Below are positions 50,501-58,954 of a stretch of 64,000 nucleotides of DNA, one piece after another. Each line of letters opens with the position of its first letter. Position 1 is the stretch's first letter. The stretch spans positions 2,240,001-2,304,000 of the forward strand of contig OZ250172.1 of assembly GCA_965237905.1 (NCBI GenBank), in the 5' to 3' direction. The notes beneath the pieces were generated by a model. It was not told the DNA's origin. It ran no database searches and worked only from the letters and a program-made list of their open reading frames with translations. This DNA comes from Nitrospinaceae bacterium. GTDB taxonomy: Bacteria > Nitrospinota > Nitrospinia > Nitrospinales > Nitrospinaceae. The position numbers and the translations under genes are program-made.

Positions 50501-50713
50501 GAACTCCTCATCGGGTTCGAGAATATCAATCAGGTGATGGGTGACGCGCTCCCGCTCAGCCTGGGAGGGCTTGGCTGTCCCGATATCGAAATGCTTGTAG
50601 ACCTGCATGGAGTCGGCGCTGATAATTTCAGTGCCGAGATGCTCCGCCAGGGCTAGCGCAGTTTTACTTTTACCTGAGGCGGTGGGACCGCTCAGGATAA
50701 TTAAAGGAAGCAT
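47555..50713 (-). CDS. miaA: tRNA dimethylallyltransferase fused in frame to a TPR/Slt lytic transglycosylase
   Basis: GPTASGKS, DSMQVY, GGTGLY, AKRQLTWF; then a hydrophobic segment; then TPRs and IRQES, GARGLMQIMP, YNAGP, ETRGYV. No stop between domains. Confidence 0.9.
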   Translation of the reverse strand: MLPLIILSGPTASGKSKTALALAEHLGTEIISADSMQVYKHFDIGTAKPSQAERERVTHHLIDILEPDEEFTAFEFKERALAQIREIRNRNKIPIMVGGTGLYLKTLLEDRDCAISVSPEIRRQVQDEIQQKGTQKMHAELAGVDPDYAGKIQPTDPSRIERALSVHRETGRKFSEFHAEEASADYEFESYLFVLETDRQHLYDQIERRVDIMMDAGLKEEVESLLNKGYGSRLKPFQSIGYSQMARHLESDLPLDRAVYEIKRDTRHFAKRQLTWFRKMAARITLLLDPGETAQQIKEKVLAQVPLGATLLLCGWLFLWGPAPASASNEGWFQSGVHEYHSGRWDEAQGLFEKLLLTGVDPKTQKRTRFMLGKIYAHQENYDQAKTQLKNVLWEYPEMGDYIRLELARIYQAEEEWQAVLKQTTRLLKKHPLTLLIPEVRLLRADAHEKLGNFQEAIKELRQTEKLISRKFSTRKWKVLVPDIINHQVKLSKLLRDHDQVYNLYRKLYIRHPKVAARFQAKVQMDRMVKELSLTPRPLTLRETRRRMRALLNSVDYTPVIQEIKAIQKKLRGKPLPADLYFYLAEAHKGLRKRSKANIVLRQFLRKYPKHRRTSEAHFLIAGNLWNLGNPSGALSHINTLIKTSPNSRWVPQPLFYQGRIYEDIQKHAKALGTYRILARKFGREMQGEMAAWRSGWIHFKAGQWQKAFDQFKDNLDQSPKGNLTDKNLFWMAKAAEKLDKTSAAQILFKDLAHRFPYTYYGLEAINHLDEVFPTPLQGFSPFRKASYKKKHSFTQPGRRLSARERFHFKRASELIELREFTQARIELLRLGRSIRKNLSGVMWLSHWYNRAQAYADSLQVLQLFKDFKTKHGEKELPRQFWINFYPSVYSEYVKIEAGKYDLDPWLVKSLIRQESMYNTRSLSPAGARGLMQIMPKTGKRLFAWTHPNQTFDTDFLFEPDINIRLGVRYLSNLTRKHKGNGVYILITYNAGPKVLQAWLKRFRSIKDMDVFVESIPYPETRGYVKHVFRNHGIYKNLYPSHLAQTPSNKSF

Positions 50714-51410
50714 AAATTTCCTGCATGGTTTGTGTGTAACTGCCATCGGGATGATAGATGGTCAATGTTTGCTCTAAAGGTGTTTGAGGAGCCTCCCCCT
50801 TGACCGCCTCCACGAGGCAGATTTTCGGAGCGACCTCTTCATGACCGAACACCCGGACAAACCGGGTCGGGTTCAACTGAACCTTCCGGAGTTGTTTCAT
50901 TACCTCTTCCAGCCGGTAGAAAGGATAGGCCAGTGCGATTTTGCCTCCCGGTTTTAACAGGGGGGCACCTACCGCGGTTACAGTCTCCAGCGTCAGGGCC
51001 AGCTCGTGCCGCGCCAGGGCTTTTTCCCGGCAGGGATTTATTTTACCGCTGTTCACTTTCCGGTAAGGCGGATTGCTCAGAATCCAATCGAACGATTCAG
51101 GTTCCAAATCGCTGGCGACGGCCTGGAAATCTCCTTCCACCACCCGGATGCGATGGGACCAACCGTTGGTTGCTACATTATCCATCGCGCTTTGGTACAG
51201 GGATTTTTGAATTTCGACGGCGGTGATTTCCAGATCCGCCTGGCGGCTCATCAGGAGCAGGGGAATGACGCCGCACCCGGTTCCGATATCCAGAATTCTG
51301 GACCCTCCGGCCGGTCGGACCCAGTGGGCGAGCAGAAACGGCTCCACCGAATACCGGTAGCCCTCTGGATTTTGACTGATAGTGATTTGCTCGGCGATCT
51401 GGTTTTCCAT
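50670..51410 (-). CDS. tRNA1(Val) A37 N6-methyltransferase-like (TrmN6/YfiC family)
   Basis: GYRYSVE..LLA, LDIGTGCG, SNPPY, ARHE. Confidence 0.88.
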   Translation of the reverse strand: MENQIAEQITISQNPEGYRYSVEPFLLAHWVRPAGGSRILDIGTGCGVIPLLLMSRQADLEITAVEIQKSLYQSAMDNVATNGWSHRIRVVEGDFQAVASDLEPESFDWILSNPPYRKVNSGKINPCREKALARHELALTLETVTAVGAPLLKPGGKIALAYPFYRLEEVMKQLRKVQLNPTRFVRVFGHEEVAPKICLVEAVKGEAPQTPLEQTLTIYHPDGSYTQTMQEIYASFNYPERSHRLR

Positions 51411-51604
51411 TTAGGTCCCTTATCAGGGCTCTCCCCGTCCTAAGTGGTTAAAAATATTATAATTAAAGTCTAACGCATTCCTTGGAACCGGGCAACCCGC
51501 CGAAAACGGCTAAAAAGGGGTATCTCTTTGATTTTATTGTGCTATAATTTTTTAATAGGATGTATAGCTGAAATACACCGAAACCTTTAACGCCAGGTGA
51601 TCAC

Positions 51605-51880
51605 TTGGGCGAATTCTTGGGCCAGTTTTTTAATGAAGATCAGGTTTTTGGCGCCATCCTGTTTTTTGCCGGGACGGCTCTGTTGACTTGGTGCGCCAAG
51701 GTGGAACGCGTGGAATTGGCCAAGATGCGGGACCCCAAGTTGAAATGGGCGTATATCGATGCCGATGGGAAGAAGCGTGACGAAGTCAGAAAAAGGAACA
51801 GGCGCAGTATTATTGTCAACATTATTGGGGGTGGCATGGCTGCGTACGGTCTTTGGGATTTTCTGACGAACATTAAATAA
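51605..51880 (+). CDS. Small two-TM hypothetical protein
   Basis: AGGTG RBS with TTG start; two hydrophobic segments. Confidence 0.65.
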   Translation: MGEFLGQFFNEDQVFGAILFFAGTALLTWCAKVERVELAKMRDPKLKWAYIDADGKKRDEVRKRNRRSIIVNIIGGGMAAYGLWDFLTNIK

Positions 51881-51892
51881 GAAACGGTGTTG

Positions 51893-52861
51893 TCAGCCGA
51901 ACGGCCAGAACCAGCGCTGATTTCTCTCCCTCAACAGAACGGCCACCAATTCCTTTTCGTGTACCATCGGGTGATCCCTTAACGTCACCACAGTCCCCTC
52001 CTCGGGAGCATGCACTTCTTCCAATATAACTCCCTCATACAGATCACGGACTTCTCCTAATTTATCTCCTTTTTCCACCGTCGTCCCGATGACCGATTCA
52101 GGATAAAATAGTCCTGCTTCCTCAGTCAGCACAGGGCATTCGTCAGGGGCATCAAAAAATGCCATTTCCCGCTGGCTCGCCTTTTCACGGTTAAGACTCA
52201 ACAATCCCTCGGTCTTCATGAAATTTATAATCCCATCCAGCAGTAAATCACAATATTGAGGATGATAGGTTTGGGGTTTTCCTGCAGACAGGATAAAGGG
52301 ATGCAGGCCCATCAGGTCCCACTGCTTCGCCAGATTCAGAACCAGCGACGGGGACTCTGCGACCTCCCGACCGATGTGAAGTCCCAGACTGCGGGCCAGA
52401 GTGCGTCGTTTGCGATTGGGGTCGATCAGTTTGACGTGCGGTGCGTCCTCGTAATGTTTTTCTCCGGTTTGCAGGATGATGCCGTAGTCGGATTCGGCAG
52501 TATGCCGGATCACTGTATTGCAGATAGTTTCCGTCAACTCCCCGACTTCCATTCCAGGGAAGGTCAAATCCACATCCTGACTGTCGAAATTCCAGATCGG
52601 ATTCCCGGTTTCCCAGGCCTTGTAATTGACGACCGGGAAGATTTGAATGGTCCCCCGAATTTGATACCCGGTTTCTTTTCCGGCCTCGACATTATTGAGA
52701 AACCGGGATAGACGAGACGCCACCATCAGTCCGTTCAGCCGGTCGCCCTGCAGTCCGCTAACGATGGACAGGGTGTCTCCACTTTCCGGACCCCACCGGT
52801 TTTTGTAAAGAATCAGCGGTTCTCCGAAAGGAGTGGGGATATTGAGTATTTCTTCTTTCAC
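51893..52861 (-). CDS. AstE/AspA (M14)-family protein with degenerate Zn ligands
   Basis: SGLQGDRLNG, IFPVVN, FPG, C-terminal biotinyl-like domain. Confidence 0.85.
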   Translation of the reverse strand: MKEEILNIPTPFGEPLILYKNRWGPESGDTLSIVSGLQGDRLNGLMVASRLSRFLNNVEAGKETGYQIRGTIQIFPVVNYKAWETGNPIWNFDSQDVDLTFPGMEVGELTETICNTVIRHTAESDYGIILQTGEKHYEDAPHVKLIDPNRKRRTLARSLGLHIGREVAESPSLVLNLAKQWDLMGLHPFILSAGKPQTYHPQYCDLLLDGIINFMKTEGLLSLNREKASQREMAFFDAPDECPVLTEEAGLFYPESVIGTTVEKGDKLGEVRDLYEGVILEEVHAPEEGTVVTLRDHPMVHEKELVAVLLRERNQRWFWPFG

Positions 52862-53826
52862 GGTTTGGGTTCCCGGTCCAACGCCACCCGGGCGAGCAAA
52901 GTTCCTGAATGGACCACAGGTTGTTCCCGCAGGGTAAACAGCAGACCGTTGCCCGGTGCCGTCACTTCTTCCAGAACAACACCTTCCACCGGGTCCAGAA
53001 CCTGGCCGATGATTTCGTCTTCTCCCACCCGTTGTCCCAATGCCACCCGGCTGACAAACAGGCCGGAGTGCTTTGCGCTGGCTTGGGCCACCCCTCTCGG
53101 GTAGACCACCTGCGGGGCGGGCGCCGATGGAATGTCGGAAGGTAAGGACGCCAACACTCCCTGGTGATGAAGCAGGTGCATCATTCCATGGAACAAGCGG
53201 TCCACAAAATCCGGTTCAATACGCAGGCAGATTCCGGTTTCGATCACGAGAGTGGGGATATCCAACTTGTTCAGGTTGTAGCCGAGAGTGGATTCGAACA
53301 CTCCTGCCATGGGATGAATCCAGATGATATCGGTGTGGGTTTGCAAGGCCAAAGGAAGCAGTTCTTCAGAAAACTCCTCAATGATCCTTATCTGCGGCAA
53401 TTCTTTAAGGTGAAGGTTGGAGGCATGGATGTCCACCACCAGGTCGGAGCTTTCCTTTAAATCCTTAAATATTTCCTGAGACATTTGAACGGGGAGGGAC
53501 GCTCCGGGATGTGGACCCATCATCCGGTTCATATCGGACCCATAAAACGGCCACAAGCGGGTGCCGTGGTTGAGTGCCGGTGGGTTGGCCGCTGGATAAA
53601 TATGAACCTCACCCTGAAAGGTCTCCGGTTGTGTCTCCTGGATTTGGCGCAGAGCGTGAATCAGTCGGTGGCACAGGTACAGGCCTTCCAACTCGTCCCC
53701 GTGCAGGCCGGAAACAAACGAGACGCGCTGCACCGGTTTCTTTCGATGAGCAGAGAACGTTTGTTTGACTATATTCAGGGATGAGCCCAATGGACTGGCA
53801 CGGGAGAGAAGGGTCTGGGTTTTCAA
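52858..53826 (-). CDS. AstE/AspA (M14)-family hydrolase
   Basis: SGLHGDELEG, DMNR, DIH, IETG. Confidence 0.88.
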   Translation of the reverse strand: MKTQTLLSRASPLGSSLNIVKQTFSAHRKKPVQRVSFVSGLHGDELEGLYLCHRLIHALRQIQETQPETFQGEVHIYPAANPPALNHGTRLWPFYGSDMNRMMGPHPGASLPVQMSQEIFKDLKESSDLVVDIHASNLHLKELPQIRIIEEFSEELLPLALQTHTDIIWIHPMAGVFESTLGYNLNKLDIPTLVIETGICLRIEPDFVDRLFHGMMHLLHHQGVLASLPSDIPSAPAPQVVYPRGVAQASAKHSGLFVSRVALGQRVGEDEIIGQVLDPVEGVVLEEVTAPGNGLLFTLREQPVVHSGTLLARVALDREPKP

Positions 53827-53856
53827 GATCGGCTCCGACTGAATCGATTCAGATAA

Positions 53857-55311
53857 TCAATAAGAAGGCTTTTCTTTCTTTTTTTTCGGTTCGATGTTCA
53901 TGGCATCGATTTTCCGCTTGAGAGTGTTTCGATTAATTCCGAGATCCTTGGCGGTGGCAACCTGGTTCCCCCGATTTTTTTCGAGTAACTGCTCGAACAA
54001 ATGCTTTTCTACCGTTTCGATCAATAGGTCGTGTAGTTGACCTTTCCCGCTATCAAAATGGTCCTTCAGAAAATTTTTCACCAACGGATTCATTTCCGCA
54101 TCCCACGTGATGTCTGCCGGTTCTGGTGCGGGCGGGTCGACCTGCAAGTTGAGCGGCAGGTGTTCCAAAAGCAGGGGACCGCTCGACGCCAACACCATTC
54201 CGCGTTTGATCACGTTTTCCAATTCGCGGATGTTGCCAGGCCAGTGATAATTTTTGAATACCTGTTCTACCTGAGGGGACAGAAATACCTGGCTCCGTGT
54301 CAGTTCTCCAGAAAACTTTTTCAGAAAAAAGTTGGCCAGCAGGGGAACGTCTTCCGCCCGTTCCCGAAGCGGAGGTAAATGAATATTGATGACATTGAGC
54401 CGGTGATACAGATCTTCACGAAACCGTTTCTCATCCATGAGTTCCGGAAGGTTCTGGTTGGTGGCGGCGATCACCCGTACGTTGACCCGGAGAGGCTCTT
54501 TGCCCCCCACCCGGTAAAATTCATTGTTCTGTAGCACTCGCAGAATCTTGGCTTGCAGGGCGATTTCCATATCGCCGATTTCATCGAGCAGGATGGTTCC
54601 GCTGTCAGCCAGTTCGAATTTTCCTTTTTTGGCTTCCACCGCTCCGGTGAAGGCGCCTTTCTCGTGGCCGAACAGTTCGGACTCCAACAGTTCGCGTGAA
54701 ATAGCGGCACAGTTGATGAAGATGAAAGGACGCTTGACGCGGTCAGAATAAAAATGAAGCGCCCGCGCCACCATTTCCTTGCCGGTTCCGCTTTCACCGG
54801 TGATCAAAACGGGAAGCTGGGTCACGGCGGCCTTGCCGATGGTTTTGAATATGTCCTGCATGGTTTTGCTTTTGCCGACGATGTCATCCACCGAAAAATC
54901 GCTACCGCTGACGGACACCGCCTCCTGAGGGGGAGTCACCTGGGAGCTTGCCGTTACCTTGTCGATCAATCCATAAATTTCGTTAAAATCGAACGGCTTG
55001 CTGATGTAGTCGTACGCGCCCTTGCGCATGGCCAGAATGGTGTTGTTCATGGTGTCCTGGGCGGTCATGACGATGACGTGAGTTTGCGGCTGCTGGCTTT
55101 TAATGTGATCCAACAGGTCCATGCCGCCCATCCCCGGCATGAAGATGTCGGTAAAAATGAGCAGGTAATTGTGGTTCGTCATTTTTTCCAGCGCTTCCTC
55201 GGCGCTGTCGGCGGTATGGACGGTCAGGGGTCTTTCCTCCAGTGCCTGCGCGAAGACCCAGCGGATGTTTTCTTCGTCATCGACGATCAGAATTTTATTT
55301 TCAGTGGTCAT
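53857..55311 (-). CDS. ntrC: Sigma54-dependent response regulator, NtrC-type
   Basis: Receiver (MTAQDTMNNT), GESGTGKE, GAFTGA, Fis-type HTH LGINRNTL. Confidence 0.85.
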   Translation of the reverse strand: MTTENKILIVDDEENIRWVFAQALEERPLTVHTADSAEEALEKMTNHNYLLIFTDIFMPGMGGMDLLDHIKSQQPQTHVIVMTAQDTMNNTILAMRKGAYDYISKPFDFNEIYGLIDKVTASSQVTPPQEAVSVSGSDFSVDDIVGKSKTMQDIFKTIGKAAVTQLPVLITGESGTGKEMVARALHFYSDRVKRPFIFINCAAISRELLESELFGHEKGAFTGAVEAKKGKFELADSGTILLDEIGDMEIALQAKILRVLQNNEFYRVGGKEPLRVNVRVIAATNQNLPELMDEKRFREDLYHRLNVINIHLPPLRERAEDVPLLANFFLKKFSGELTRSQVFLSPQVEQVFKNYHWPGNIRELENVIKRGMVLASSGPLLLEHLPLNLQVDPPAPEPADITWDAEMNPLVKNFLKDHFDSGKGQLHDLLIETVEKHLFEQLLEKNRGNQVATAKDLGINRNTLKRKIDAMNIEPKKKKEKPSY

Positions 55312-55313
55312 GG

Positions 55314-56402
55314 TTATCCTTGCTCCACGGGTAGGAACACCTGAACCCGCGTGCCTTTCCCTGTTTCCGATTGCACGTTCATTTTGCCTTTATGGTTCTC
55401 GACAATTTTCAAGGACAGCGGCAGGCCCAGTCCGCTTCCCTTGCTCTTAGTAGTGTGAAACGGGGTGAATATGTTGTTCAAATCCTCGGCTCCGATGCCG
55501 GGGCCTGAATCCCTGATTTCCACCAGAATGGCCTGCCGGGAATTGGGGCGGGTCTCTGTTTTAACCGTGTAATTCGAATGAATCCGGGTCATGAGTTCCA
55601 GCGTTCCGTCTTCGGGCATGGCCTCCAGGGCGTTGCGCACCAGATTGAGGAACACCTGCTTCAATTGATCTTCATCGCCCTCCACCTGCGGCAGGCTGGG
55701 GTCGTAATTCTGAACAAACCGGATATCCGCATGCCCGTTCTTTTTTTCCAACAGCAGGATTTCCTCCAGGATCTGATGGATATTGAGTAGTTTGAGTTCC
55801 AGTTGCATCGGACGAGCAAAATCCAGCATGCGCTCCATCATGCGGTTGATGCGATCCGATTCCTTGATGACCACGTCGAGGAACTTGTGATGCTGGTCCG
55901 GCAAACGCTTGCGCAACAGTTGGGCCGACCCGCTGATCGCCACCAGGGGATTTTTAATTTCGTGCGCCATGCCCAGGGACAACACACCGAGGTGCGACAA
56001 TTCGTCCATCCGCTTCGAACTCTCCTCCAACTCCTTGAACAGGCTCATATCGCGCACGTGCAACACTGCGCCCTGGGCGGGCACTCCGTTATTCATGTAA
56101 GGCGACACGGTGACGCTGACCGGGAAGGACGAGTGGCTGGTTTTACGGAAACCCTGCCCCCGGACATCGCGAAACGAAAACCCGCGCGTCAACGTTTCCT
56201 GGATTTTCGCGTTGATTTCCGATTGCTCAGAAAAAAGCTCTGTCAATGGTTTGTCCTTTAACGACTCGATCGACGAACGAAACATCTCCTCAATGGCCGG
56301 ATTGGCTTTTTCGATCGTGTTGTTTGAAGACACTAGAACCACCCCGTCAACAAAAGAGGAAAAGATGTGTTCAAAAAAATGATGGTCGCCATTTATCGTC
56401 AT
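55314..56402 (-). CDS. ntrB: PAS histidine kinase, NtrB-type
   Basis: AHEIKNPL..ISGSAQLL, YDPSLP, QVFLNLVRNA, GSGLGL. Confidence 0.85.
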   Translation of the reverse strand: MTINGDHHFFEHIFSSFVDGVVLVSSNNTIEKANPAIEEMFRSSIESLKDKPLTELFSEQSEINAKIQETLTRGFSFRDVRGQGFRKTSHSSFPVSVTVSPYMNNGVPAQGAVLHVRDMSLFKELEESSKRMDELSHLGVLSLGMAHEIKNPLVAISGSAQLLRKRLPDQHHKFLDVVIKESDRINRMMERMLDFARPMQLELKLLNIHQILEEILLLEKKNGHADIRFVQNYDPSLPQVEGDEDQLKQVFLNLVRNALEAMPEDGTLELMTRIHSNYTVKTETRPNSRQAILVEIRDSGPGIGAEDLNNIFTPFHTTKSKGSGLGLPLSLKIVENHKGKMNVQSETGKGTRVQVFLPVEQG

Positions 56403-56414
56403 GCCGGTTACCGT

Positions 56415-56807
56415 TTATTTGGACGCCTTGTTCTTTTTGGAAGTTTTCGATTTACCGCCCGTGTATGGATTTTTACTGTTCGCCTTGGGCGCGGGTTTGG
56501 GTTCGGGTTTGGCGGCGGGAGCCGGAGCCTTGTCCGGTGCCGGATTGCCTTCCGATTTCGACTCGGCGGGAGCCGCCGGTTTGCCCTGCGAGCTTTCAAC
56601 TTCCCAACCTTTTTTGCGGGACTCCGAGGGATAATCGTTGGCGTACCAGCCGTCGCCTTTCAGGATAAATCCGCCGGCGGACACCATCCGCCGCGGCTTG
56701 CCCTTGCATCCCTTGGTCTCGCATTTCTTTGGAAGGGGCGCGCTGACCGCATGGATCAGCTCGAAGACACCCCCGCATTTCTCACATTCGTATTCATAAA
56801 TAGGCAT
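56415..56807 (-). CDS. FmdB-family zinc-ribbon protein
   Basis: MPIYEYECEKCG..FE, LKGDGWYANDY, low-complexity tail. Confidence 0.9.
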   Translation of the reverse strand: MPIYEYECEKCGGVFELIHAVSAPLPKKCETKGCKGKPRRMVSAGGFILKGDGWYANDYPSESRKKGWEVESSQGKPAAPAESKSEGNPAPDKAPAPAAKPEPKPAPKANSKNPYTGGKSKTSKKNKASK

Positions 56808-57156
56808 TGCGCAGAACTCCAGAAATATGAAATCCCCAAAAAAAGGGGAACATTGAACCTAAAAGCGCTTAAATTTTTGGCAGATTTAGCCGCCTTTACA
56901 AAAACTATCATTTCGACATCGAAAAGGCAAGTTTTCAAGATAAATTTTGACGCATTTTAAGGCAAAAGTTGAGTCTCTACTAGATTTATAACAGGAAGAT
57001 GTTGACACCCAGGAGGGGGAAATTGATGGCGGGTGTACTTGTGAGTTCCCCAATGTATGGGGAGAAGTTCAACTATCGTCTATATTACCGACTACTTCAC
57101 GGCCGACGTTTCATTACTTTTCCTCAGCTCGATTTCGTAGATTCCGCCATTGGCGC

Positions 57157-58635
57157 TCAAAAACAAGGCATCATTGATATTAACCATAGTCTCAACTGGG
57201 CTATGGAAGAAACTGAATCGGTGGACAGAGACGGATCATTAACCATCACAGTACCGATCGCCGTACCATTGCTTACAAAAAGATCCCTTCCGGGGGAGCC
57301 GTCCTCGGCCGCGAAAAACAGCGTGCCGTTTAGGTTAATTAAAGATTTGGGATTAGAAGATCTCCCGCACGCAGCAACATTTTTCACCATCTTTGTGCCG
57401 GATGACGTGCCGTTGCTTTTCCAAAGTTCCCTTCCGTTGATACCATCGTCAGCTGAGAAAAACAATGTACCATTGACATTAGTTAAATAGTAAGGATTGG
57501 AAGAGCCGTCCTTCCAAATATCCTTCACCAATACGGTGCCGGCTGTCATACCGTCGCTTTTCCACAGTTCGATTCCGTGGGTGCCGTTGTCGGCTGTGAA
57601 AAAAAGTGTGCCGTTGACATTGGTAAGATCTTGAGGCTTCGATGATTTGCTCCCAGTATTGATATCCTTCACCAATACGGTACCGGCGGGTGTGCCGTCG
57701 GTTTTCCACAGCTCTTCTCCGTGAGTGCCATCATTGGCTCTGAAAAACAATGTGCCGTTAACGTGGGTCGTGTTGCCGCTTATGATGATATCTGCAATCA
57801 TCATAGTACCGTCCTCGGTACCGTCGCTTTTCCAAAGTTCCCTTCCGTTGATACCGTCGTCAGCCATGAAAAGCAGTGTGCCGTTGGCATTGTTATACCC
57901 GATAGGAATGGAAGTGTCAGGACCAACCCGAATATCCTTCACTATTACCGTGCCCGCCGCGGTGCCGTCACTTTTCCACAGCTCGATTCCGTGGTCAAAG
58001 TCATAGGCGGCAAAAAACAAGGTGCCGTTTATGTTGATAAGAGGTCCAGGATTTGAATAGCCGTCCGTCAGAATATCCTTCACCAATACAGTACCGGCTG
58101 ATGTGCCATCGCTTTTCCAGAGTTCCCTTCCGTTGACACCGTCGTCAGCTGTAAAAAACAGTGTGCCGTTGACGTTGGTAAGATCTTTAGGTTTCGAGGA
58201 TTTGCTCCCAGTATTGATATCCTTCACCATCACCGTACCAGCCGCAGTGCCATCGCTTTTCCAGAGTTCTTTTCCGTGGATACCGTCGTCAGCTATGAAA
58301 AACAGAGTGCCGCTGACGTCAGTCAAATATTGAGGACTGGAAGAATTAACACCCGCACCGATATCCTTCACCATCACGGTACCGGCCGCGGTGCCATCGC
58401 TTTTCCAGAGTTCCCTTCCGTAGAGCTCGTGGTTGGCGCGGAAGTAAGCCACCGGGCCAATGGTCATTATTTCAGCTGGCTTGGAATGAGGTATAGCGGC
58501 GGTAATCTGCTGATTGATGGCCTTGATGAGTTGGGGTTGGGCGGCTAATACGGGCAGATGGATAAAAGTAATCAGGATAACGATCCAAAGGACCGCCCAG
58601 GAGGGTTTTGTCTGATTCCGTTTAAGTTGATTCAT
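57157..58635 (-). CDS. Secreted ELWxxDGT-repeat protein (3' end probably frameshifted)
   Basis: Signal peptide; eight ELWK(S/T)(D/N)G repeats plus one degenerate repeat. Confidence 0.9.
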   Translation of the reverse strand: MNQLKRNQTKPSWAVLWIVILITFIHLPVLAAQPQLIKAINQQITAAIPHSKPAEIMTIGPVAYFRANHELYGRELWKSDGTAAGTVMVKDIGAGVNSSSPQYLTDVSGTLFFIADDGIHGKELWKSDGTAAGTVMVKDINTGSKSSKPKDLTNVNGTLFFTADDGVNGRELWKSDGTSAGTVLVKDILTDGYSNPGPLININGTLFFAAYDFDHGIELWKSDGTAAGTVIVKDIRVGPDTSIPIGYNNANGTLLFMADDGINGRELWKSDGTEDGTMMIADIIISGNTTHVNGTLFFRANDGTHGEELWKTDGTPAGTVLVKDINTGSKSSKPQDLTNVNGTLFFTADNGTHGIELWKSDGMTAGTVLVKDIWKDGSSNPYYLTNVNGTLFFSADDGINGRELWKSNGTSSGTKMVKNVAACGRSSNPKSLINLNGTLFFAAEDGSPGRDLFVSNGTAIGTVMVNDPSLSTDSVSSIAQLRLWLISMMPCF

Positions 58636-58760
58636 CTTAAATGTGTGTTGGGTTCACTTAATAGTGTAGGACTGGGGTACAATTAAGTCAAGACCAAACA
58701 GACTAACTTAATGGGGCCGGAGGAATAATGGGATTGCAGGATGCACAGGAAAACCTGCCG

Positions 58761-58784
58761 CCCTTCGACAGGCTCAGGGTGACA
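58761..58784 (-). repeat. REP copy
   Basis: CCCTTCGACAGGCTCAGGGTGACA, enclosed by AAAACCTG/CAGGTTTT. Confidence 0.8.
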
Positions 58785-58954
58785 GGTTTTTCATTCCGAA
58801 GACGGCAATAAAAGTTTTCGGGGGTATTTGAAAAGTTGGGTCCAGTGTCACTCCAGGCGGAGAGCCTCCGCTGGTTACAAAAAAATCGATTGGCGAAAGC
58901 AACCCTTGATTCACGCCAAACGTTCCGGCAAAATTTGCCCCGGGCCTTGCCCGG

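Noticed and set aside
57300..58420. CRISPR-like periodic repeats
   Set aside because: These are in-frame coding repeats of the ELWxxDGT protein with synonymous variation; no cas genes.
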